DNA of 61,536 nucleotides, filler included, from Gonapodya sp. JEL0774 (taxonomy: Eukaryota), in NCBI GenBank assembly GCA_027604505.1. It is 13 parts of 13 records of this genome, joined end to end, with 100 filler letters (N's around TTAATTAATTAA, not from the genome) between each part and the next. Parts side by side here need not be neighbours in the genome. Positions count along the whole stretch, not along the records: positions 14,268 to 18,917 come from JADIIX010000890.1; positions 19,018 to 23,666 come from JADIIX010000891.1; positions 23,767 to 28,412 come from JADIIX010000892.1; 10 more parts are not named here. One strand, given 5' to 3'. This document shows positions 14,168 through 26,158 of the stretch, piece by piece. The notes under the pieces are model-generated. The model was not told where the DNA came from, did not search any database, and saw nothing but the letters and a program-made list of their open reading frames with translations. The translations under genes were made by a program, and so were the position numbers. The first letter of the stretch is position 1, and every line of letters starts with the position of its first letter.

Positions 14168-14419
14168 NNNNNNNNNNNNNNNNNNNNNNNNNNNNNNNNN
14201 NNNNNNNNNNNTTAATTAATTAANNNNNNNNNNNNNNNNNNNNNNNNNNNNNNNNNNNNNNNNNNNNAAATAACGATAATAGATGTACCAGGTACCAACA
14301 AAGTTGTTGAGCGCACTGACACAGGTCACGGACCAATTCCACCAGTTCCCAAAGAATCACTCAATCACACCTTCCGCTTCTTCACATGGTTCCCTCGACA
14401 AAACTCCACGTCTTTGACT

Positions 14420-15762
14420 CTAGAACTGATACGTCATCGGTGTCGCTGCCCTTGTTATACTTTTCTTGGTGACTGTTGGCAAACCCTGGTACATGCATGT
14501 GCAAGCTGAACGAAGATTGTCAACCACAGTCACAAGGGGAGGAATCTTATGCGCAGTACAACATACGATCCTCCCGGTATCCTGATGGGCATTTGCCTGA
14601 GCAACATCCATTGTTATAGAATCTACAGTGCAGAAACCAACATCAGACAGCCAACGTTAACCAGCAGGTCCAATATAACCATAGAAACTGCGAAGAACCC
14701 ACCCTAAGTTAATGCAGCAGCTATACGAAGGGGAGAGAAAGAGCGAATGTGAATCCGTGGGATTCAATTGCGTACCCTTGTAATAGTAGGAACAGCTTGA
14801 TCTCTCACCAATCCTTTACTATCAAAGCATTCTAGTTTGAAACGAAATGGAAGTTTTTCAGAGAGGGATACATGTGCACTCAAAAATTGCAAGCACAGTC
14901 TTGATCTCTCACCACTTTTGTGCAAGTGAGCCCCGAGTCAGTCCAACCATCTTGACAGTTTTCCAAACAGTGCCCTCCAGCCCCATCACCCTTGTAGTTA
15001 GTTGGGCAAGGTGGGTAGCACTGGTTGTTGATCTGCTCGTATCCACTCTGGCATTTTGGAGTTCGCCTGATGGGAGGATTATGGCTCTGGCTAGAGCATT
15101 GAGTTCCAAGGAGGACCCTTTTGATGATGTAATCGGGGTAATTTTGGCTTTGAACATCCATGTCCCAAAGGTACTGTGGGTATAGAATGGGAGTTTGGTT
15201 CGTTTTCAAGGAGTAGTCTGTGATCCGACAAAGACACAAATACAGGCAATACCTGGACAAGTGTGCAAATACTTGGCGATAACATCATGTTTTCAACACA
15301 ATTTGGGCAGCCACCGACAGCTAGAAAAGATGCGGCAGATAACATCGAAGCACAGGCTGGCAAGGGCCTTTTTCAGTACTTCTCTGCAACCCAGAAAGAA
15401 ACAGAACTAAGTTGAGCTCACCACTCGGAGGGTTTGTGTTTGGCACGTACAACGCGCCATTTACATTCGCCCTTTCGAGGTTCAGATGAAGAGTTCGGAT
15501 GAAAGGTGACAGATGAACACCCAAATCATACGGCCGACTGGGTGGATCAAAAAACAGCACATACGTACGCCCCGAGTCCATCTACGCAACTCTTGTGGCC
15601 AGTTTTCAACTTATCCAGTAGAGGTTTGCAGCTAGTTTGAGTGACACTTTCAGAACATATATCATCATCGCGAGCCGACAAAGCCACCTCGCGCACGGCC
15701 GAAGCCGACGCTTCGGTGAGCACGATGAGCGCAACAGCGAGCGCGAAGATTGCCGTCCTCAT
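14420..15762 (-). CDS. Putative secreted cysteine-rich repeat protein, multi-exon; exon structure uncertain, possibly degenerate
   Basis: Signal peptide MRTAIFALAVALIVLTEASA; Cys-rich exons CQSGYEQINNQCYPPCPTNYKGDGAGGHCLENCQDGWTDSGLTCTK and GCCSGKCPSGYRED. Confidence 0.6.
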
Positions 15763-16315
15763 TTTGCGGTTGAGGGAGAAGACAAGGAAGTGATTCGAGA
15801 AGTGACAGATTGCAATTGATCTCCATATCCAAGACGACATGGATATTATATGGAGTGGTTGGTTCTGCTTCGTTATATCATATATTGGGGTGATTGAGTG
15901 CCAAACATGAACATATCACCGGCGCGACGAATAAATAGAACGCATATATTCTCCCCACTTTTGCCCTATTTGGCGGTGGCAATGCTGCTTTTAAGTTGGC
16001 AGCTGACTCTTTGTGGCCGTCGGTATATATGCGTCGACTCGATCCGCATATATAATTGTCCACAACCAACGAGTGCTCATCTACTTTTATGTTCGCCCAT
16101 GATCGATAAACGAGCGTGTATTATACATTTCTTGATCTCCGACTCGCGACCTTGAGTGGGGCGATTACATAACAACATCGCTTTGGGTATCGTACAATCA
16201 AGATATTACACGCCCAACTCTCAACCTTGCACAACCCAACCGTCATTGCGTCACGGTACGCGGGGATTCTTCCCCGGGCCCCGCGTTCCCCACCCCACGG
16301 CGTCCCTTCTCCGCC

Positions 16316-18917
16316 TCACCAATCTCCCCCCCTCCCACTCCCCACTTCCACCACATGCCTCCACCCAGCTTCCCACCTCCTCTTCCCGTCGATGTATTCC
16401 ACGGCCTCGAGGAAGGTTTCGGGGCGGAGGGTGGGGAGGGGGTGCGTGGGGGTGTGCGGGTGGGAGGAGGGGTTGCCGGACGAGAAGATGAAGGAGAAGG
16501 TGTTGGTGGTTTGGCGGGTGCCTGGGGTTGAGGTTTGAAGGGGCCGCGGTGGGTGAGTCGTTTCAACGCCGCCTCCCGGGCAGTTTCCACCTGCCGCGCC
16601 ATCTCCGCCCCGCGCGCCCAAAACCCACCTCTCGCCGGCTCCACCACATCACATCTCACTTTCACCACGAAGCTCTTGAACTCCCTCTGCCCCTTCTCCC
16701 CTCCCTTCCCTCCCTCCGCCACACCATCGACACCCCCCTCCCCACCCGGCGCGTACACCACCTTTGCGCGAAACTCGAGCACGCTACCGATCTCCACCGG
16801 ATGGAGGAACACAACGTCGTCCAGGGAGAGGAACAGGGGGCGGGTGGTGGTGAAGGTCCAGGAGGTGGCTTTCATGCGGGGAATATGACGGACGACGATT
16901 TCGGTGGTCGATCGGATTTTAACGAAAACTCACCGTACGCCAGCTCGAACGCCTGACTCATCAAGAACCCGCCGAATATCTTGCCGTGCATGTTTCTGGG
17001 AGCGAACGTGGGTCGAGTGGTCGAGTGGTAGAGTGGTCGCCACGCATTACGGCAGAGGAATAGCGGGATGGGAGAAAATGCGGCCAAGTGGGGTACGGTG
17101 AGTACATCGTCGACACGGCACCAGTACGCACGCCCCACGCACACCACGATAAGAGTCAGTCCCATCACACACAGGCACATAGCCACTCACCTATCACTCG
17201 GATAAGTCACTTTCACGCTCTCCATCACCGTATCCTTCATCTTCACCGTCCTCCTTCTCACCCCTTGCCCTGCCGCTGCACCTCCTTCCCCGCCTGCGTC
17301 CACCTCCCCAGTGTCGCCGTACCCCGCACCTTCCAAACACAGTTTATGGACCAGAGCGGATTCGTCGGGAGTAGGAGGGGTTTTGAAAACGTCGGTGCGA
17401 GAGAGGAGGAGGCGGGAGGATTTGTGGGCTTGCAGGGGGGGTGGGGGAGGGGCCAGGCGGTGGAGAGAAGGGGCAAGGTGGGCGCGATAGGAGACCGCCA
17501 GGTGTGTGAGGGGTTAATCCATGCGGCGGTGGTAGCGGAACACGGGCAACTTCACCGCAATGTCCAATTCCGTCGCCCGGTACCACCCTTTTCCACGTAT
17601 CCTTCCCCATGCACGACTCACCCATCCCGACCAGGCCACAAGACTCACCTTCACCCTCCGCAAACACTTTTCGTTCTTCGTCGGTCTCGAGGAGAAGGGG
17701 GTTGACGGGGGAGGCTTTGCCGGTGGTGGCTAGATTCGCGGGTGAAAAAGGGTGCGCGGGTTGGGGTGAGGAGGGTGCGGTACGGAGGAGGAAGGTACCA
17801 AGGTGGAGCGGGCGTGTGGCGTGGAGTGGTGGGTGAGGAGTTACGAGGATGGGCTGGGAAGTAAGAAAGTGCAGGGGCCAGAGAGGGAACCGAGCTACGT
17901 ACCGTTCCGGGCGACCTGGGAGGAGGTGGGAGGTACATTGGGCCAGTCGGAATGAGACAAGATACCAACGTCACTTCTCAAGTATAACCACTGACGAAGA
18001 TCGTCAATTGGTCAGACGTAGTTACGTACCATGACGAACCGGGTCAAGAGCACGGGTTCCAAGGTGTTTCCTTGGTCGTCGAGGGAGTCGAGTCGGACGG
18101 ATATTTCGATGGAGCTGAGGAGGGGTGGAGGAAAGTTCGAGGAGAGTCAATGAGAAAGTATGGGGTAATGTAATGCGAGGGTGGACGTGTGGGTTCACCC
18201 GTCATTTCGTACCTGCGTCCCACCCAGGTGACGTTTCCGCTGAGTTTGACGTCGTACTCGGGCTACCCACGAACGAAGCACAAAAGCCCAATAAATAGTG
18301 TGAATCGACCTTGAGTAGCACTACCTGAACCGCCAGGACCCGTCGACACCCAGTGCGGATCAATCAATCACCCCCTAGCTCACCGTGACGTGCCCGACCA
18401 TATCCAATCTCTCCACCGACGCCGTGACCAGGGTGGGCAAGTCCGCTCCCCCGAGACCTCCCAAGTGCTTGTATGCCACTGCGCCCGAGAACGCATCGAG
18501 GTCCTCGAGCAGCTTGCCGATGCGGATCCCACCGTAAGGGTTGAGGTAGTCCTCGAGGACGGACTGGTTGGAGCGGAATGGGATGACGTCGCAGATGTAG
18601 GAGTCTTTCATGCGCCGGGGGGGAAGGTCGCTGGGATGGGTGGGGCCGGGTCGTGGAGATGGAGCGAGCGGGGTGGACGGGTTGAAGTCCGCGAGGTATC
18701 TTGAGATGCTGGCGCTGGAAGTTCTGAAGGGATGGCGAGTGTACTTTTTCCACGAGTGCGGGGTGGGCGGATCGGAGTTGGAGGTGGTGGTGTGCGCATC
18801 GCGTGGTGGTGGGGAAGACAGGAAGGACCGGGTGATCACGTGTTTGGTGGTGGAGCGCGAGCAAGGGGACGGCAGGTGGAGCGAAAATGGGACCAGCCGC
18901 AGTGACTGCAGTGCACG
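16316..18917 (-). CDS. Double hotdog-fold acyl-CoA thioesterase (ACOT9-like), multi-exon, probably 5'-truncated
   Basis: RMKDSY..YLNPYGGIRIGKLLEDLDAFSGAVAYKH..LVTASVERLD, RNMHGKIFGGFLMSQAFELAY, FLSLDDVVFLHPVEIGSVL and TTNTFSFIF..PETFLEAVEYIDGKRR. Confidence 0.92.
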
Positions 18918-19343
18918 NNNNNNNNNNNNNNNNNNNNNNNNNNNNNNNNNNNNNNNNNNNNTTAATTAATTAANNNNNNNNNNNNNNNNNNNNNNNNNNN
19001 NNNNNNNNNNNNNNNNNGCAACAATCTATGCCCTCCCCCTCACACCAAAATACTCCGCTGAATATACGATTCCTCTCATTCGGTCTGTGACCGGTTCAGC
19101 CTGGCCCCGCGACTTTTGCACGTTTAGCACAAAACAACAGTGTGCGAGATTCAGTTCAGTTTGGCCCGTTTCGTTATTGGCATTAAGTCTGCGTCCTCGT
19201 CAGGCATTCTACATTAGGTTTAAAAGCCGTGTCAGTAAAGAATCAATCAATCCATGCCGGCGTACTGAAAGTACGGCCCCCGGAACCGCAGACACGTCAC
19301 AGAAGCCAGCAGAATGGTGGTCCTCCCCATTCCACAACGATAC

Positions 19344-21860
19344 TCACTTAATCCAGCCCCACTCCAAAAATGCATCAAAAATCCTACTCGTCTTGTTCAC
19401 GTCGATCTTTATCAACTCTCTTGCCTTCCCCTTTCGCAAACCTCCCAACCTCGCGCTCTCCGTGACACACTTCTCCTTGATCACCAGATAGGGATGAGGC
19501 ATAATACGAAGCACGCTACAGAGGTGCTGTTCAGCAGGGCTGAGGAGGTGAACCCCGTCGGCGTTGGAAATATCCAAGGCGGATGGGTGGGGGCGGTTGG
19601 ATCTGTAAGCCGAGAGGGAGGTGGCGGGTGGGGGGTTGTGGAGATTGGTGGGGAGAGCAAGTGAAGTATTGACAGAGGGCGTAGGGACGAGCTTTATTGA
19701 GTGCGTTCAAGAGTCGTTTTTCCGGTTTCCAGGACGACCAGGGAGGAGCGGGAACAGGTACACTTCAAACCGTACCAACAAATACACGAGGGTTCTTACT
19801 CGCATGTCAACTTACGTTGCCTCCACTCCCTAATACGACCCCTTTCTTTTCTTCTTTCTCTCTCTCCTTGAACAGCTCCTTTGCACTTCCTCCCAGCCCC
19901 ATCGCCGGACCCTTGTCCGCGTGAGTGACAGGTCCCACGTTGAAACCCAACAAGCGCAAATTGGCAACCCGCTTCGCTTTGTCAGCTTCGTAGGTCCGCC
20001 CTTGTTCGATGGTTCGGACGCCCATCCGACGCCACTCTTGGAGTTGGGAGATGGTTTGGCGGAGATCTAGTTCAGCTGTAGTGGAAGGGTTTGCCAAGGG
20101 GAGCGAGGGTATGCAGTGCATTGGGATGGATCGAGGATCTGCGGAGACCCGTCAACAAATGATGACAATTGACTCACCCACGAAACCCTTCATCCACTCC
20201 TCGAAATCCTCTGCGGTCATACACCTAGCAAACACTCTCGCCCTTTCGTACACCGCGCGTTCCTCTTGTCTCCGCCTCCGCTCCGCGTTCGTTACTTTGC
20301 GAAACTCGAGCAACCCAAGTTCCCGAACCATCCGCTTTCGATCCTCCCTCATATCTAATCTAGAGTTGAATGTTTCCAAAAGTGCAAGTTTGAGCGGTTC
20401 GTCATCGGGGAACCCCGACACCGCCGCCGGACCGTCTTCCGGATCGAAGGTGATGTCCTTGACCGGATCCTCGGCGTTGTTCTCGGGTTCGACATCAAAT
20501 TCGAGTCGACCGGGCATGTATCCAGCGATTTCGTGAACATGAGGGGCGGAGACCAAAGGGCGTGGTGGCTTTATAGACGAGGCCAAGGCTTTTTTGGAGG
20601 CCGGGGCTGAAAAGATGCGAGTCAATGAGAGAGACTGTTCACTACCACGGACATGACGCCGCTGCCAGGAAAGCACGAATATAGTCCCAGACCTCGTGGT
20701 TATCAAGTGGGACTGACCAAGATCAGGCGAAAGCTCTGGGGAGCCTGGTTACATCCGGGCTGTCGTCCTTATGAGCGGGACAAGGCATTTCCCGAAGCCA
20801 ACAGCTGCACTCTCATGAAAGGGCACTCCGCAGTTCGAGCTCCAAAGTTTGCATTCGCCAACTCACACATGGCCACCTCCATCGCAGCGACTCGCAATCT
20901 CCTCCGCTCCCCCTCTTTATCAAACACCTTGCTCATATCCGGCATCGGAAAGTTTTCGCTTTCGACATACACCTCCTTGTAATGCCTCGCGCACTCTTCC
21001 TTGGACTTGGTGCCGAGTTGCTCCGCGACTTGTTCCCAGTTGCCGAGGCCGTAGTGGTCCAAGTTTTCGAGTAGGAGGAGTTCTTCATCTGCAGCCCACG
21101 CGGGGTCAAAGATAGCTATGTATGTTTTTGTGTGTTTAGTAGGAACAGTGGTCAGTGAATCACTGGAAAGGAAATCATTCGATAGGTCCTAGGAAAGAAC
21201 AACGCGTTACATGGTCCGTGTCCGCTGAAATGCTGGTCTGCGTAAAGTCAGGATATATGGTTATGCTTGTAAGAAGTGCCCTAGTACCGTTGATAGTCCT
21301 AGATGCCCAGGGAACACAATCCATTCGTGTCTATTCGGCCCCCAGTCTCTCCCCGATTCAGGTAGCCTTCAAAATCTGCCTGTTTTACCTTGTTACTTCT
21401 GCCTGGAGTTACTCACGAAAATCCAAGACTTCCACCACCTTGTATGGATGATCACTCTTATGTTCCTTTCTGCTTTCCGGTTCTGCTCCCTTCGCGAAGC
21501 ATGATACACACAAATCCAGTTCATCACACTCTGCACACGTAATGCGGACAACGTCTGTCACGTCTCGCGTGCAGTTATCGCAATTGAAACGGGTAGAGAG
21601 GTCTGGCGAAGGTTGTGGTATCAGTTTTGTGCACAAAAGGCGGAGTAGAACGATATCAAGGACACCGTATCACGGTATCGGAAGTCTCAGGTTGAAGAGG
21701 GGATGTATCAAGCAGAGATGATGGGTTTTGTACTTGTGCTTGACTTCCCGCAGTGGACTTCATTTCCCCCCACCATCTTGAGCTCACCAAGCGGTCCTCC
21801 GGGCGCATCTGTCGCACCTGCGGGCGCATTTTTGTTCTTTGTTGTCACTGTCACTGTCAT
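19344..21860 (-). CDS. ADA2: Transcriptional adapter 2 (SAGA/ADA complex), multi-exon
   Basis: ZZ finger CDNCTRDVTDVVRITCAECDELDLCVSCF, SANT WAADEELLLLE.LDHYGLGNWEQVA..KSKEECARHY, HEIAGYMPGRLEFDVE and SWIRM IKIDVNKTSRIFDAFLEWGWIK*. Confidence 0.96.
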
Positions 21861-21978
21861 ATGGACCGCGGTTACTCGGGAAGAGTTGCAAGTGATAGTG
21901 CCACAGGTCTTGTATGGGACTGCTGCTTTTCAAAGGTTCCAGATGGATATCTCACACTAAGTATATGTAATGTACAAT

Positions 21979-23230
21979 TCACTTCTGCCCTTTTGCAATT
22001 CGTCGCTGTTTAACGTCCCAATTGTAGACTCGCGCGATATCTGCGACGTGGTGGTAAACGTAGGGTCAACGCTTCGTTGTAACACGCTAAGACAGCCAAC
22101 GGCGACTAGCATAACATTGAGATTGACGAGACTTCCTTTCAACGGATTCTCGGTAAATGGATATAGGCGCAAATGCTCTCCAGAGACGACATACCCACCT
22201 AGCGCACCCAGCGCTCATTCAAATGTCCACCCTCCTGGAGCGCGGAACAGAGGTAACGTCATTGTGATTCTCCAGTGATTCCCATTCAGTTTTTGTGTCC
22301 AAATTCACCGCACTGCATCAAACAAAAGTTTGCTTCTTCACAATACTCACTAACTTCCATCGTCGTTATCTGCTCCCTCAGGAACTCCTGGTCTTCAATC
22401 GTCACCTTCAGCGAGGCCTTCGCTGTAGAGAGCTTGTCGCTCAATAAGGTGCGAGCTTCTTCGACGGGGTATTCGACCATGAGATTGGCCTGTGAAGAAT
22501 GGGGAACGGCGGTATGTAATTCAATGAGTTTCTCAACAGGGTGCAAGAGTTCTCCTCGAAATGTAAAAACTCCAAATGCTTGCACTCAGTGATAATAGAT
22601 GACTTTTCATTGACTCTCGCGTCCTCTCGATGCGTCGGCCTCGCCGCAGACGTTCGTCCGTAAGTCCGAGGGCACTATATTCGATCGAAACACGCACCCC
22701 AAGCCATAGATACACAGTATCCGTCTTGGAAATCTTTGCATGTGCCCACAACGTATCGTTTAACTCGTACGTAACCTCGAGCGGGGTGTCTGACGGTGAA
22801 TCTCCGGCAGCTGCGTCGTTATCCAGGTCCTCCTCCTCTTTCGAACCGCCGGCTGTCCCATTTCGAGCCGCCAAAAAGTCTATCATATCCAGTGTGTTTT
22901 TAAACTCGGGGATCTTCTCCTCGAGGGATCGCCGTTTGCGGAGGAGCTGTTCTTCCATGAACTTGAACTTTCTGTTGTCAGCGACAACGGAATGAGAAGG
23001 TGACGTGGCACGCAAGCCAAGTGATAGCTGACAGCTCACGTTGTCATTTCGGCAAACTTCTGTAGAGTGGATTCCGCATCTTGCGCGGATTGAACGAAAT
23101 CCTCGACCTTGGACTGGACCAAACCGCCCGTGAAGTAACCAATCACGCATCAGCGATCGTGAGAGCTCTTGGGACTCACGACAAATGGAGCTTGGGGTAT
23201 TCCACGCGGGTTGGTCAAAAGTTGGGCCAT
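21979..23230 (-). CDS. PAC10: Prefoldin subunit 3 (PFD3/GIM2/VBP1), multi-exon
   Basis: MAQLLTNPRGIPQAPFV, KFKFME..LEEKIPEFKNTL, YELNDTLWAHA..VYLWLG|ANLMVEYP.EEA..L and [25 protein letters not shown]. Confidence 0.95.
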
Positions 23231-23397
23231 CGTTTTGTTCTCGGTATACGTGCAGGTTGGAAGTCTGAGTATGCAGTCACTGACCATAACCGATGCGAAC
23301 AACTGCTCACTGCTTGAGATTACACTATCCGTTCAATTGTCATTACGTAGTAGAATTCGTTGTGAAACCAACATATAAACTTTCCGCAAACTGCCAG

Positions 23398-23666
23398 TCA
23401 ACACGCTGCCGTCCCTGACGCGCCAAGCCAACGAGCACAATGATCGTGAATCATTCCTACAATGTCCGTATATCCTTCCCTCTCTGCAATCGTAAGTGCG
23501 GATGTCCTCTGCTCCGACTCAGCTCGCGCGTCGGCTCCTCTCTCCAACAGAAGCTTGACAACGTCCATCCTTCCGTACTTCACGGCATACCACAGCGCGC
23601 CATCATTGTTCAGATGAATGTTTGCCCCGTGGTCAAGTAATAGAAAGACAACGTCGTAGTGACCTT
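23398..23666 (-). CDS. Ankyrin-repeat protein, C-terminal fragment
   Basis: GHYDVVFLLLDHGANIH..DGALWYAVKYGRMDVVKLLLERGADA..SALTIAEREGYTDIV. Confidence 0.85.
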
Positions 23667-23766
23667 NNNNNNNNNNNNNNNNNNNNNNNNNNNNNNNNNN
23701 NNNNNNNNNNTTAATTAATTAANNNNNNNNNNNNNNNNNNNNNNNNNNNNNNNNNNNNNNNNNNNN

Positions 23767-24949
23767 TATCCGGTGGGCTTGCGGGGCCTTGCTGTGGTTG
23801 CTGATAGTGAGGGGGATGATGATCGTTGTGCACACTCAAGTTGAATAATTGCGGCTGGCTGGTGATGTTCTGCGCATGCGCGAATGACAATTCTCCCAGC
23901 GACAGATCTGGTGGCCCGGAACCCTGAGTGTTGAGAAGCTGATCGATTAAATCTGCGGCAGAGGGTTCTGAGTTTGCTCCAATGACCAGTGACTCCGCGG
24001 AGCGACTGGCGGACCGCCATGTCTGGCCCTTGGCAGCCGCAGGGCTCCCCGTCAGTTGGTAATCACCCAACAATGAGGGTCTTCGCGAAGAAGCGCGAGA
24101 GAAGGAAGATGAGTCAATCCCAGATAGTGCATTATGCTGAGATGAGGGGTGCTGGCCATGGTGTGTTTTCTGGTGGTGCATTGTGTGCTGGTGTTGGAGC
24201 TGTTGTTGGTACTTGCCCACAAATGCTTCCGGATCGTAGCGGTTTAGCAGCAGTGCCGAAGAGGTAGCAGAAGCTCGTCGAAAAACTTCTTTTCGTGAGC
24301 TGTGGTCGGTGTGTGATGAGAATGAAGAGGAGAGAGAGCGAGGGCGGTTGAACGCTGAGTAGGGCTGGCGAGGTTCCTCGTGTTTCCTCCTCTTGAAGTC
24401 ATACTCTTCATCGAAGTCCGAGTCCCAATCGACGATTGGAGCATTAAGAGGGAGCTTTCCCGTTGCGGAACGAGTCTCGATTTTTCTGCAGATCGGGGAA
24501 TGAGAAAGAACAGGGTTCAGAAAAAAGGACAATGATTCGGAGTCTCGCAGACATGAACCACGCACCGAGAAGGAAGTGGAGGAGGTCTAGAGACTGGGAC
24601 TAGCGGAGAATGTTCCGATTGCGCAAGTAAGAACATGTCAGATGAACTCGTCTCGGAAGCGAACGTCAGCGTGAACTGCGCGAGTCGACTTACCCGGCTG
24701 CCCCACAGTTTGTGATTCACCCGGAAGATCCTCGGGCCGGATTTTGCGAGGTCTTCCCCGTTTTCTCTTCACTGGCTGCACGGGCGGCTCCGGCGCGGGT
24801 TCTGCTGGTGGTTGAGGAGGGAGTTCCTCCTGCCGGCCAATCGTCGCGTAGTCCCCGTTCATGTCCCGGAGAGGAAATTGGTCGACGGAAAGAGTGCTGG
24901 TATCGTAGCACTTTGGTGGAACTTCCTCCGTCTTGATGACTTGATCCAT
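23767..24949 (-). CDS. AT-hook-containing, largely disordered nuclear protein (3'-truncated, multi-exon)
   Basis: ATG at 24949; KRKRGRPRK AT-hook; continues after introns into a Ser/Gln/His-rich exon that runs off the contig. Confidence 0.65.
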
Positions 24950-25220
24950 GATTGTGGTGATGCAAAGAGAACAGAAGCCCCTGTTGCGTGTGTCCCACAA
25001 CTGGCGACCTGAGGGCCTCACCCGGCCCTCCTCAAACTCCGTAAGGCGCAAACACTGAATCAGTCTGATGGGAATGAGTGGCCATGCTAAATGCAATCTG
25101 AATTTTGTGATTCCGTTGATGCTCTTCCATCACAATGATTCTCTGCAAATCGGATCAAGACTTGCATTTACACCTGGGAGACAGACACTTGACAGAAGTA
25201 GCGAGGCATGTGCAGAAGAC

Positions 25221-25317
25221 NNNNNNNNNNNNNNNNNNNNNNNNNNNNNNNNNNNNNNNNNNNNNNNNNNNNNNNNNNNNNNNNNNNNNNNNNNNNNNNN
25301 NNNNNNNNNNNNNNNNN
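25221..25317. other. Genuine intra-scaffold assembly gap (97 N, no TTAATTAATTAA core)
   Basis: Run of N lacking the spacer core. Confidence 0.95.
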
Positions 25318-26158
25318 CGATAAAGAACAGCCCCCGCGCTGCCGTTCTGTCTCACACCCCGACAGCACACACTATCCGGTACCCACTCTTTACCCTATCC
25401 CATGAACTTGGTGAGATTCAGGTTAATACATGAAGAATATTTTCCATATTAACCTCTAAATATAAATACATACCGATTCACCAATTACATGATTTTCGTT
25501 TTGATGTGGCAGAAGCGCTGCCAAGAGTTCTAGCACCCGGCAGTGAAGCACACCAGTATATTCAATTTATAACTGTCCATCGTTGTATGCAGATATGCTC
25601 TGGTGCCACCACAGCCATCCCACAGGGGCAAAATGTGCAATTCGGCTGAACCGGGACCAACCTAATTTGTGTGGGAGACAGAACATGGACATTCAATCGA
25701 TCGTCACTAGTTGGACGAGATCGTTGCTCCGAAACATAGGTGCACCAAAGATAATAATGGTTGGATACACCGATACTCGGATCCAAAGTCAGGTGTGGCG
25801 CGCGTCATCGGCGTGGCAGATCGGAACACTCCGAGCGACAAAGACCAAAAAGATAGTCTATGCTCTAACAAAACCAATGAATGCTATAAGATGCGTCAAA
25901 TTCAGAGAAGGATCCTTTCGCCCGTTTTGCCTCATGCTTTAGTGTCCGTCGATTACAAGTACAGTGACAACTTTTCAAGACGACTGTGCCATGCAAGGTG
26001 CGATTTATAAAGTGTTGGAATAATGATTCTTTATCGATGTGTTTGGGAGTATTTGTAATTGTGACATAAGATAGTCGCAGATATTCAATTACGTAAAGGT
26101 TGATTTTCTTTTCAGTAACACGCCAAATCGCAGTGGGGAACGAAGCGGCGACTATCGT

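Noticed and set aside
16156..17974. Many overlapping Gly/Pro/Arg-rich ORFs on both strands
   Set aside because: Shadow frames of the GC-rich ACOT9-like exons and introns; no independent motifs.
22041..22349. Intronic snoRNAs in the ~300-nt introns of prefoldin 3, ADA2 and the dioxygenase
   Set aside because: No convincing C/D box pair or H/ACA structure by eye; would need a covariance-model search.
25318..26090. Possible plus-strand gene after the internal gap
   Set aside because: Short frames with no recognisable motif; exon structure could not be resolved.
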